Below, piece after piece: positions 43,175-51,597 of a stretch of 61,662 nucleotides of DNA. How positions within the stretch are numbered: position 1 is the first letter of the stretch; the number at the start of each line of letters is the position of its first letter. The translations under genes and the position numbers were made by a program. The DNA comes from a virus (Duplodnaviria; Caudoviricetes): IMG/VR virus record IMGVR_UViG_3300035665_000034, positions 1 through 61,662 of that record. The stretch is one strand, 5' to 3'. Under the pieces are notes generated by a model. It worked only from the letters and a program-made list of their open reading frames with translations, ran no database searches and had not been told where the DNA came from.

Positions 43175-43427
43175 TGAGTCGTTCCTTCACGGTTGAGATC
43201 GCTTCGTTCACTCGAATCAGCGCCTCGTTCGACGCCTCGTGTTTCTCGGCCAGCTTGTCGACGCGCGCGTGGTCGGTTTCGATGTGCGCGGCGAGCGTCT
43301 GACGCGACGCTTTGATCTCGGCGCCTTGAAGCGCGACCGTCTGCCGCAGATCGACGATCATGATCCCTGCCGGGATCACGGCGACCGACAAGATCCAGCG
43401 AACCCACTCGGCGAGCGGCGTGTTCAC
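43131..43427 (-). CDS. membrane/coiled-coil protein in lysis cluster
   Basis: N-terminal hydrophobic helix plus heptads. Confidence 0.55.
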   Translation of the reverse strand: MNTPLAEWVRWILSVAVIPAGIMIVDLRQTVALQGAEIKASRQTLAAHIETDHARVDKLAEKHEASNEALIRVNEAISTVKERLNDLLEQLRSTQRRR

Positions 43428-43693
43428 TCGGCAGCCTTCGCCGCTGCGAAGGCGACCACGGCGCCGAGCGCGACGCCTGCCGCGAACCAGACAGTTCGCG
43501 TCGGCGGGCCGTCGTTGTCTTCGATCACCTTCACGAGTCGTCGTGTTGTCGCAATCGACGCGTCGAGGTCGCGTTCGCACTCGTCGAGGTCGGCGAGCTT
43601 CGCGACGTTCTCGAATGGGCGCGCGGACTCATCGGCCCACGACGGGACGGGCGAGCAGTTCAGGAGCAGAACGACGAACGTGATCCGTTTCAT
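43424..43693 (-). CDS. signal-peptide protein with C-terminal TM helix
   Basis: MKRITFVVLLL...; WFAAGVALGAVVAFA. Confidence 0.55.
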   Translation of the reverse strand: MKRITFVVLLLNCSPVPSWADESARPFENVAKLADLDECERDLDASIATTRRLVKVIEDNDGPPTRTVWFAAGVALGAVVAFAAAKAAE

Positions 43694-43863
43694 CGGTCTT
43701 CTCTCCGTCGCATCGCGCGGGCTTCGATCTCGTCGGCTTCACGTTTCGCGCGCGCGGCCTCGCGTTCTTCCTGCGCTCGCTCGTCGCGGTCGCGCTGGTC
43801 GAGCTTGTGCGCCCCGAGAACACGCGCGAGAAGGCGCCCCACTGCCTCGTACAGCCACGTCAC
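43690..43863 (-). CDS. small charged protein, 57 aa (not in ORF track)
   Basis: GTGA/ATGA overlaps; MTWLYEAVGRLL... Confidence 0.5.
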   Translation of the reverse strand: MTWLYEAVGRLLARVLGAHKLDQRDRDERAQEEREAARAKREADEIEARAMRRREDR

Positions 43864-44243
43864 GACTTGACCCCTTGTGCCCGACTGAGTTCGACGATGC
43901 GACGCCGCAAAGAGGCGACCTCGGCGCGCAGCTTGAGCGCCTCGTCGGGCTCGGGCGTCGTCTCGATACTCGTGTCGGCCGTCGCGTCGAAGTCGTTCGT
44001 CGGACCCTTCGACAGCGCCGGTCGCGCCTTCGCCTTCGCGGTCATGTCGTTGAGCGCGGAGAATGCGCCGTTCACGATCTGCGTCCCGAACGTGCGCGCC
44101 TCGATTGCGTTGCCCGTCACGAAAGCGGCGTAGACGCTCCCGAGGAAGATCGCGACCGACTCGGAGAACGAGCCGAGAGCCTGAAGCACGGTCGCGCAGA
44201 CGGCAACGACGAGCAGCCCGAGGAGCTTGCGATAGCCCTTCAC
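43860..44243 (-). CDS. holin-like protein
   Basis: Two N-terminal TM helices; directly after endolysin. Confidence 0.6.
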   Translation of the reverse strand: MKGYRKLLGLLVVAVCATVLQALGSFSESVAIFLGSVYAAFVTGNAIEARTFGTQIVNGAFSALNDMTAKAKARPALSKGPTNDFDATADTSIETTPEPDEALKLRAEVASLRRRIVELSRAQGVKS

Positions 44244-44244
44244 G

Positions 44245-44970
44245 TCAGACGCCGAGGTCGATGTCGAGGAAGCGCACGCCGAACATGATGCGGTAGGACT
44301 TCGGCGAAGGCGCGTCGAACGGGCGCGTCCGCGAGATCACGCCCTCGCGCGTGTCGCCATTCGGTCCGCGCCCCTTCGCGTTGCCCTCGATGGTCGGCAC
44401 GACGGCGCCGCCCTTCTCGGCTGCGATGCGCCCCACGACCACGGTGATGTGCGAGCCGTGCGAAGGCGAGCCCGTGCCGACGATGGCGAGGTCGCCCGGG
44501 AGAAGTTGCGACGGCGTGAGGCGTCGCGGCGTGCCGCGCGAGAATTGGTCGAGCCGGTAGCACGACGCGAGGTGCTTACGCCGGATCTCGGGCTTCAGCG
44601 CGCCCCAACAGAACGACGCGAACGCGCCGCACCACTGGAATTGGCCGTTGCGTTTGTAGTCTCGCGCGTCGCCGCTTCCCGCGAGGGCAGCGCTCGGCCA
44701 GCCGAGACCTTCGGCGCTCCGAATGTAGTGGTCGATCCGCTGCCAGTTCTTACCGGGCGGCTCGGCGATGTCCTTCTCGTACTCGTCGAAGGCACGCGCG
44801 ACGGCGAGCGCTCGGACTTGCGTCGAGACGTGTTCGCCGGAAACGACGTCAGCCAGCACTTCGGCGGGCGGTGCGCCCTCGGGCGTCGTCAGGTCGACGA
44901 GTGCGCCGAGAAGATCGCGGCGCAGTCGTCGGACGAGATCGTCGAAGGCGGGGTCGAGCGGGGCGGGCAT
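44245..44970 (-). CDS. CHAP-like endolysin
   Basis: QWCGAFASFCW, PGDLAIV, HIT, TIEGN; AGGAG RBS. Confidence 0.85.
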   Translation of the reverse strand: MPAPLDPAFDDLVRRLRRDLLGALVDLTTPEGAPPAEVLADVVSGEHVSTQVRALAVARAFDEYEKDIAEPPGKNWQRIDHYIRSAEGLGWPSAALAGSGDARDYKRNGQFQWCGAFASFCWGALKPEIRRKHLASCYRLDQFSRGTPRRLTPSQLLPGDLAIVGTGSPSHGSHITVVVGRIAAEKGGAVVPTIEGNAKGRGPNGDTREGVISRTRPFDAPSPKSYRIMFGVRFLDIDLGV

Positions 44971-45012
44971 GTTGGCTCCTCGTCGCGATGTCGAGGCCAT
45001 GCGCGCAGCGCG

Positions 45013-46299
45013 TCAGGCCCCGATGTTGATCCGGCGAATCCGCTTGGGGCGAATCGCGGCCTTGCCGTAGAGGGTCATCGCGCCGAGCTTGGTCTGCGCG
45101 GTCTCCGGGTTGGTCCACATGCCGAGATTCGTGATCGGAATCCACGGCGCGTAGACGTAGGTCGGATCGCGGTCGTTGCGGGCGGTCACGATGAGCGTGT
45201 CGTCGGGCATCCCTTCGAGGAAGCGGTAGACCGAGTACCGGCCCTGCTTCGTGGTGCCGAAGAACGCGGTCATCTCGTCGCCGCGCGCGCTCGACACGTC
45301 GCCGGGCTGCTCGTCGGCGAGTTGCATCGGCACCGCGTCTTCGAGAACGCCGATGCCGTCGACGTCGCCGAGCACGAGGTCGGCCGAGACGCGCCCGCCG
45401 TCGGTCGCCTTCAGGATCTCGCGGTTGGCCTCGCGGATCGTGTTCCAGAGTTCGCGCTTCCACTCGTTCGGGTTCGCCGTCTCGAAGTACGAGTCGACGG
45501 CCGGCGTGCGGTTCCATGTGTGCGTGCCGCCCGCGTTCGCGAGCATGTCCGTGATCACGTCCGCCTGCGTCGCGCGCCGAAGCTCCAGCGTCATGCCCTC
45601 CATGAGCACGTTGCCGAGGTCGCCGCCGTACTGCGACGAGAAGTGGTAGTTCGCGGGCGAGCAGTAGGTGCCCGCGAGACGCCGACAGTCGGCCTCGACG
45701 AGTTCCGCCGTGATCTCGATGTCGATGCCGTTCGCGGCGCCGCACTCGGTCGGGCACTCGGAGTAGCCGGGGTCGAGGCCGTCGGTGAGCGCGCTGTTGG
45801 CGCCGTAGGCGAAGTCGCCCGCGTTGTCCTCGCGCGTGAAGCGCTGACGGTGGATGTACGCGGTCGGCCCGGTCATCACGGCCGTCGTAACGACGTCCTG
45901 CATGATGAACGGCGCGAACACGTCGACCACGAACGCGATCTGCTGCGTGGTGAACGTCGCGATGTCGGCCGAGACCACGGTCTCGGACAGGCCACGGAAC
46001 GCGTTGCGCGCCTCGGCGTTGAGGTTGAGCAGCGCGCCCCGGTTGCCGCTCGCGACGGCCGTCCGGTGATGGGCGACCACGTTCTCGACCATGCCCGCGA
46101 GCAGACGCTGGCGGTTGCGCGGCAGCTTCGTGAGGTCGAAGTCGACGCCCGTGGCTTCGAGGTACGCGGCGCGCGCGACGTCGAGGATCTTCTCGATCTT
46201 CGCCTCGGCCGTGCGGTTGAACGCGAGGCCGGTCGGCTTGAGATTGTCGCCCGAATCCGCGAAGACGGCGGGGGTCGGGCAAAGTGCGGCGAGGTTCAT
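45013..46299 (-). CDS. major capsid protein, T4 gp23-like
   Basis: MTGPTAYI, YVYAPWIPI, GAMTLYG; follows protease. Confidence 0.85.
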   Translation of the reverse strand: MNLAALCPTPAVFADSGDNLKPTGLAFNRTAEAKIEKILDVARAAYLEATGVDFDLTKLPRNRQRLLAGMVENVVAHHRTAVASGNRGALLNLNAEARNAFRGLSETVVSADIATFTTQQIAFVVDVFAPFIMQDVVTTAVMTGPTAYIHRQRFTREDNAGDFAYGANSALTDGLDPGYSECPTECGAANGIDIEITAELVEADCRRLAGTYCSPANYHFSSQYGGDLGNVLMEGMTLELRRATQADVITDMLANAGGTHTWNRTPAVDSYFETANPNEWKRELWNTIREANREILKATDGGRVSADLVLGDVDGIGVLEDAVPMQLADEQPGDVSSARGDEMTAFFGTTKQGRYSVYRFLEGMPDDTLIVTARNDRDPTYVYAPWIPITNLGMWTNPETAQTKLGAMTLYGKAAIRPKRIRRINIGA

Positions 46300-46331
46300 G
46301 TTCTGACCCTTCCTTCGTTCGCTGTCGCGGT

Positions 46332-47462
46332 TCAGATTTCGGAGAGCCGCGTCGCGGCGCTCGAAGTGGTGGGCTTGCTGCCGTTGGGGTCGGTGCTCTC
46401 GACGACCTTCGACGGATCGACGGGCAGCACCTTGGCCGCCTCGACGAGTTCGACGTAGCGCTTCGCGTTCGCGTTCGCCTCGTCGACGTTCTTCACCGAG
46501 CCGCCGTCGAAGTCGGCGAGGACCATCTCGCAGACCTTCGCGCCGCCCGGTCGACCGACGACGAACGCCCTCACGGCGCTCTCGACGGCGACGCGCGTCT
46601 CGGCGCGGTTCTTCTCGGCGCGCATCGTCTCGACGGTCGCGTTGAGTTCGACGATCTTCTCGGCCTGTCCGGCGACGGTGGCCTCGGCGACGCGGAACTT
46701 CTCGCGCAGCGCCGAGCACTCCTCGACCACGGGCTTCGACTCGCCGCGAATCTCGGCGACGAGCGCGGGGAACTTCTCGGCGAGTTCGGCGACGGTCTTC
46801 GGGTCCATGATCTTTCGCTCCTGATTTTCGGCCGCTTCGCGCACCTTTCGGAGCGCTTCTCCGACTTCGCGTTGCGGCGGTTCGATGAATGTTCCAGCAC
46901 TCGGCGTCCGAACCCAATCGTAGCCTTCGAGTTCGTACTCTTGGATCAAGCTGACGCGCTCGCCCGCGCGGTCGGGGTTCATCTTCGCGTAGGGCGACTT
47001 CTCGTCGAGGACGTGCTCGACGACGCGCCCGTAACCGCGCGAACTGACGCCGACGGGTACGCCCGCCTGCCAGCACACGAGCAGATCGCGACCGATGGTC
47101 GTGTTCAGGATCGCGAAGCGCGCCGAAGTCTTGATCGAGCCGTCTTTGAGAACGGCGACCGAACCGTCGACGAGGCGCGTGACGACGTCCCACGTCGGAC
47201 CCGCGTCGGGATGATCGCGCTCGCCGTCGACGAAACGCGAACGCGCCTCGTCGCACAAACGGGCGTGCTCGTTCGCGACTTCCTCGGGGACGTAGATGCG
47301 ATTGTTCCCGTTCGCACGTCCCGCGACGCCGCACTCCCCGGGCACGACGGCAAGAAAGAGGGCGGGGTCGAGCCCGGCCTCTTTGACAGCATCGCCCATG
47401 AGAACGCCGGACGTTCCGGCCTTCGCGAGTTCGACGCTTTCGACGAGGAGTTTGCGATTCAC
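46332..47462 (-). CDS. prohead protease (T4 gp21-like) fused to scaffold-like coiled coil
   Basis: NGNNRIY, GERDHP, GVSSRGYG, DWVRTPS. Confidence 0.85.
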   Translation of the reverse strand: MNRKLLVESVELAKAGTSGVLMGDAVKEAGLDPALFLAVVPGECGVAGRANGNNRIYVPEEVANEHARLCDEARSRFVDGERDHPDAGPTWDVVTRLVDGSVAVLKDGSIKTSARFAILNTTIGRDLLVCWQAGVPVGVSSRGYGRVVEHVLDEKSPYAKMNPDRAGERVSLIQEYELEGYDWVRTPSAGTFIEPPQREVGEALRKVREAAENQERKIMDPKTVAELAEKFPALVAEIRGESKPVVEECSALREKFRVAEATVAGQAEKIVELNATVETMRAEKNRAETRVAVESAVRAFVVGRPGGAKVCEMVLADFDGGSVKNVDEANANAKRYVELVEAAKVLPVDPSKVVESTDPNGSKPTTSSAATRLSEI

Positions 47463-47521
47463 GTCGCAAGGTGTACCGCGAACGCGTTTCGTGCGTGAGA
47501 GTCCGACGGGCGCGTTCGTCG

Positions 47522-47776
47522 CTACGGCGCCGACGGCACGAGCCGAAGAAACGGACCCGCCCCCGAGTTCAGCGCGTAGGTCGGAACGAGTCGGCGCTTG
47601 TTCTTCACGACGCGCGATGCGCCCTTGAGAGCCCGTGTCGCGAGCGCGAGCACTTCACCTTCGGGCCTGCCGATGTCGTCCTGAAACACGACGTCGATGA
47701 GCTTCCCGAACATGGCGAACGCGTCGTCGTCGAGTGCGATCCCGTCGACGCGCGAAGGTGTCGCGGGCTTCGGCAC
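47522..47776 (-). CDS. hypothetical protein
   Basis: Fills operon gap. Confidence 0.45.
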   Translation of the reverse strand: MPKPATPSRVDGIALDDDAFAMFGKLIDVVFQDDIGRPEGEVLALATRALKGASRVVKNKRRLVPTYALNSGAGPFLRLVPSAP

Positions 47777-47778
47777 GT

Positions 47779-48912
47779 TCAGCCGATCCCGTCGATCTTG
47801 TGGCGGCGCTTCAGCCCTTCGAGATCGTTCGCGCGCAGAAGCGAAACGTCGATGGCGAAGGCGACGCCTTCACGCGAGGACGTGTCGACGCCTTCGGCGA
47901 AGGCTTCGAGGTCGTCGAACGTCGCGTCGCCCTTCACGATCTTCGCGACGAGCGCGCGGCCTTCGCGTGCCGAGAACGTCTTCGACTCGTCGACGCGCGA
48001 GAGCAGCGCGGAGAGTTCGTTCGCGAGCGTATCGAGCCCTTCGGTCGTGAGCGCCGCGACGAGCACGCGCGCCGCAGACTTCAGAGCGCCCGCCGCGTCG
48101 TTGTCGCGCTCGATCTTCTTCTGCGCGAGCACCGCTCGCGCGGTTTCTTCCACGTCGCCCGACGCGACGACGAGCGCGTCGGACGCCTTCTCGTCGAGGG
48201 CGTCTTCGTTCTTCTCGATCCACGCTTGGGCGAAGCGCGCGAAGATCGCGATCTTCGAGGCGACGCCCGTGTCGGCGTCCTCGAACACGACGCGACGCGT
48301 CTTCTCGGTCAGCGTGCCGAGCGTGAACATGCCCGACGAGTCGCGCACGAAAGGCGCGTAGAAGAACCACGAAGAACTCGGGCCGTCGTTGTGATGCTCG
48401 TAGGCGCAGAACGTCAACGCACCCTCGAACACGTCGTCGAGATACGAGTAGGCGGTGCCTTCGGGGAAGATCGTGCCCATCTTCGCCGTGATCGACTTGC
48501 GCAGGAGTTCGAGCGCGGCGTCGAGCGTTTCGCCCGGCATGAGCAGCGCTTCGTTCGTGTTCGTCTTCATCGTTTCGTCCTTCCGGTCGGCGCGGTTCAT
48601 TTGCGCGACGAGTGAGATTGCCCAAGACCGACCGGCGTCGCCGCCCCATCCGTTCCACGCTTGGCGGCCCTTGCCCCAATCGCTCCACGTCGAGCCCTTT
48701 TTGTCGATCTCGTGTCGCGAGAAGTAGCGCACCATTCGACGCGCCGTCGACGGCGAAACCTCACGCCCCGACGACAGGTCGCGAGCGCGAGCGATCCCGA
48801 CTGCCGTCATGCCCCGTTGCGACTCGGGCTTTGTCGCGCGCATCGCGAGAGCGCGCCGCGCGTTCTGCCGCACCTTCGCGGGCGGCGTGAAGTCGATCCC
48901 GTCGTAGGCCAT
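47779..48912 (-). CDS. head-associated protein with Trp/Gly-rich N-terminal domain
   Basis: GIARARDL...RM..YFSRH...AWNGWGGDAGRSWA, a domain seen in phage head clusters. Confidence 0.6.
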   Translation of the reverse strand: MAYDGIDFTPPAKVRQNARRALAMRATKPESQRGMTAVGIARARDLSSGREVSPSTARRMVRYFSRHEIDKKGSTWSDWGKGRQAWNGWGGDAGRSWAISLVAQMNRADRKDETMKTNTNEALLMPGETLDAALELLRKSITAKMGTIFPEGTAYSYLDDVFEGALTFCAYEHHNDGPSSSWFFYAPFVRDSSGMFTLGTLTEKTRRVVFEDADTGVASKIAIFARFAQAWIEKNEDALDEKASDALVVASGDVEETARAVLAQKKIERDNDAAGALKSAARVLVAALTTEGLDTLANELSALLSRVDESKTFSAREGRALVAKIVKGDATFDDLEAFAEGVDTSSREGVAFAIDVSLLRANDLEGLKRRHKIDGIG

Positions 48913-48915
48913 GAT

Positions 48916-49302
48916 TCAGGGCGCCGACGGCGGAGCGACCGAGGCTGGCGCCGCAGTCGGGGCGCTTGAGACGGGCAGCGGGGCGGCGTCCGGCGCCTGA
49001 ACGACGACCTCGACCTTCGGCGCAGTCGAAGGCGTGCTCGGCGCGACGGACACGCCTTCGGCCGGGAGCGATGCGGCGACGATCTGCTCGACGCACACGG
49101 CCTCGGCCTCGACGCCGTTGAGCGAGATCGTCGCGCTGATTTTCACGACGCGGACAGGCAGACCCTTCAGTGCGGGCAGCGTGATCGGGATCGACGCGAA
49201 CGGGGTCGCGCACTGATAGACGCTCGGCTCGATTGTCGGCTTCGCGGCGCCTCCGCAGGCCGACACGAACAGCGCGAAACAGAACAGGAAAACGGTCTTC
49301 AT
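48916..49302 (-). CDS. lipoprotein
   Basis: MKTVFLFCFALFVSAC lipobox; Pro-rich tail. Confidence 0.7.
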   Translation of the reverse strand: MKTVFLFCFALFVSACGGAAKPTIEPSVYQCATPFASIPITLPALKGLPVRVVKISATISLNGVEAEAVCVEQIVAASLPAEGVSVAPSTPSTAPKVEVVVQAPDAAPLPVSSAPTAAPASVAPPSAP

Positions 49303-49340
49303 CGTCGAACTCCTCGCGCCACTTTCCGGCGCCCTTGTTT

Positions 49341-51143
49341 TTACGGCGAGCCGCGAAGAAGCCCGCGCAGCGTGTGACTCGGAGGCGCGGCGTTGATCGC
49401 GCCGAACTTGATCTTGAACGACCGAATCTCCGTCACGATGGACGAGCCTGCCGACGCAGTGCCGATGCGGATCTGCCCGGGGTTGTTCGTGTCGGCGACC
49501 GACGTCGAGTAAACATGCGTGTCGATGAGTTGGTCGTTGCACCAGAAACGAACGTAGCCCTGCGTTCGCTGGATCGTCAGGATGTAATACGCACCTGACG
49601 CGATGGCGCGAGCTTCGTCTGCCGTCGTCGTTTCGATCACATGCCCCGACGAACTGGGATAAACGCCGATGCGCTTCGTCCCGTCGCGGATCACGATGTA
49701 GTTCTGGCCGTTCACGCCGAGCGTGCTGGCAAGCATCTCGACGCGCGCCTCCCACTCGGTCTCCGTCGTGAGTTCGGAGAACGTGCGCGACAGATAGCCC
49801 GTGCTCGACGTGCCGGTGACGATGCGGATCGACGTGCCAGTGCCGACCGTCGGGTAGGTTACGGTCGCGGCGTTCGGCGACTCCGTGAGCGCCCATCCCG
49901 AGGGCAACGCGCCGCTCGGGTTCGCCCACTCGTAGGTCCACGAGTCGGCAGCGAACCCCGACAGGAAGTCGGTCGACGCGGCGACAGCCGCAGTCCCGAG
50001 CCCGAGAGTCGTTCGCATCGCTGCCGCGTCGGCGTCGTCGATGAGGTCGCGCCCGGCCTGAGTCAGCGTCGTCACGGCGGCCGTGTTGGTCGCGACGAAA
50101 TAGGGCAGCTTGTTCGTCGAGGACGACACGCCGCCGAGGGCGACGAGATTCGCGTTGAGGACGTTCGTCAACTGCGAGCCGTCGACGGCTGGCAGACGCG
50201 CGGAGCCGTCGAGCACGGGCACGTTGCCTGCGCTCGTGCCCGTGTTCGCAGTCGCCGCAGTTCCAAGGCCGAGCGTCGTGCGGGCAGCGCTCGCGTCGGC
50301 ATCGTCGATGAGACTGCGACCGAACGCCGTGAGCGGCGTCATCGCCGCAGCGCTCGCGGATGTGTAGTACGCGACTCGATCAGCCGCAGCCGTCAAGCTG
50401 TTGACCGCCGAAACCGGCGACTTGAGCAGGAGCGCGCCGTCCGCGTAGTAGAGCGTGGCGCCGCTGGCGAGTTGAAATCGGCCGTTCAGGAACGCCGACG
50501 AAGACGGCGCGCTCGACAGACCGGCGCAGTCAGACATGAGCACGCGTGTCGAGATCGTGCCGTTCGTGAACGTCGCGCCCGCGTTGAACTGGCAACGTTC
50601 GATGAGCAGCAAGCCGGTGAAGCCAGCATTGATGCTGACGTTGCCGAGCGTGCAGCCGACAACGTAGATCGTCGCCGAAATGGCGCCGACGGTCAGGCCG
50701 CCCTCAAGCTGGCAGCGCTCGATGCGATGCACGCCAGCGCCCGAGGTCGACACGGTCGTCAGACCCTCGATTTGCAAGCTCACGACACGAACGCGCGTCG
50801 CGTTGTTGCCGATGGTCAAACCGCGCCCAGACGAGAGCGTCACCACCGTCCCGCCAAAGTCGCCCGCCGTGGGGCCGATGATGGCGACGTTGCTCAAGTT
50901 GCTCGGGATCGTGACCGTCGCGCCAGCGTAGGAGCCCGGGCCGACGAGCACCTGATGAGCCGCCCCGCTCGGGATGGAATCGAGCGCTGTCTGAATGTCG
51001 CGTGTGGGGCTTGCCGCGTTCGTGCCCGCATGGGCGAACACGCTGAAAGTCTGCGCGGGAAGCTCCTCGTAACGGTCCGTGAGGCCGACGACTGTCCCGT
51101 CGCCGCCACCGTTCCCGTTTCCGTTTCCGGGCGTGAAGGTCAT
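49341..51143 (-). CDS. tail fiber/spike protein
   Basis: Beta-helix-like segment, two GR.LIDDADA.A.RTTLGLGTAA repeats, lectin-like C-terminus. Confidence 0.8.
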   Translation of the reverse strand: MTFTPGNGNGNGGGDGTVVGLTDRYEELPAQTFSVFAHAGTNAASPTRDIQTALDSIPSGAAHQVLVGPGSYAGATVTIPSNLSNVAIIGPTAGDFGGTVVTLSSGRGLTIGNNATRVRVVSLQIEGLTTVSTSGAGVHRIERCQLEGGLTVGAISATIYVVGCTLGNVSINAGFTGLLLIERCQFNAGATFTNGTISTRVLMSDCAGLSSAPSSSAFLNGRFQLASGATLYYADGALLLKSPVSAVNSLTAAADRVAYYTSASAAAMTPLTAFGRSLIDDADASAARTTLGLGTAATANTGTSAGNVPVLDGSARLPAVDGSQLTNVLNANLVALGGVSSSTNKLPYFVATNTAAVTTLTQAGRDLIDDADAAAMRTTLGLGTAAVAASTDFLSGFAADSWTYEWANPSGALPSGWALTESPNAATVTYPTVGTGTSIRIVTGTSSTGYLSRTFSELTTETEWEARVEMLASTLGVNGQNYIVIRDGTKRIGVYPSSSGHVIETTTADEARAIASGAYYILTIQRTQGYVRFWCNDQLIDTHVYSTSVADTNNPGQIRIGTASAGSSIVTEIRSFKIKFGAINAAPPSHTLRGLLRGSP

Positions 51144-51595
51144 GTCGAAGTCCGCAGAGGTCGGGGAACGGCGAAGAAGATCCGCACGTTCGCGTTGCCG
51201 GTGTTCGTCGAGGTTCGGATCTGGAACTTGGTGATCTCGGCGCGCGTGTGGAAGTCCCACTCGACGCCGCCGCCGTTGACCATCGCGACGTTGTAGGCGT
51301 CGGCGGGCGACGGCGCAGAGGTCGTGCCGACCGTCGCGCGTCGACTCAATTCGACGCCATCGTCGGCGTCTCGGTTCTGGACGGCGACACGCTTCAGAAC
51401 GGCGCTCGCGATCACGTCGGCCGAGGTCAAGCCGTTGCGCGTCACGAGTTCGTTCACGTCGTCGCGCAGCGCGAACGCCGAAGTCCGAAGGTCGTACTCT
51501 TTCCACGTCGTCGTCAGCGCGGTATTGATCTCGACGCTGAAGATCGCGGGCGGTTCGCTTGCGGGGTTCGTGGTGAAGTTCGCCGGAAGTGCCAT
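51140..51595 (-). CDS. structural protein
   Basis: GGAG RBS; between tail genes. Confidence 0.55.
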   Translation of the reverse strand: MALPANFTTNPASEPPAIFSVEINTALTTTWKEYDLRTSAFALRDDVNELVTRNGLTSADVIASAVLKRVAVQNRDADDGVELSRRATVGTTSAPSPADAYNVAMVNGGGVEWDFHTRAEITKFQIRTSTNTGNANVRIFFAVPRPLRTST

Positions 51596-51597
51596 CG

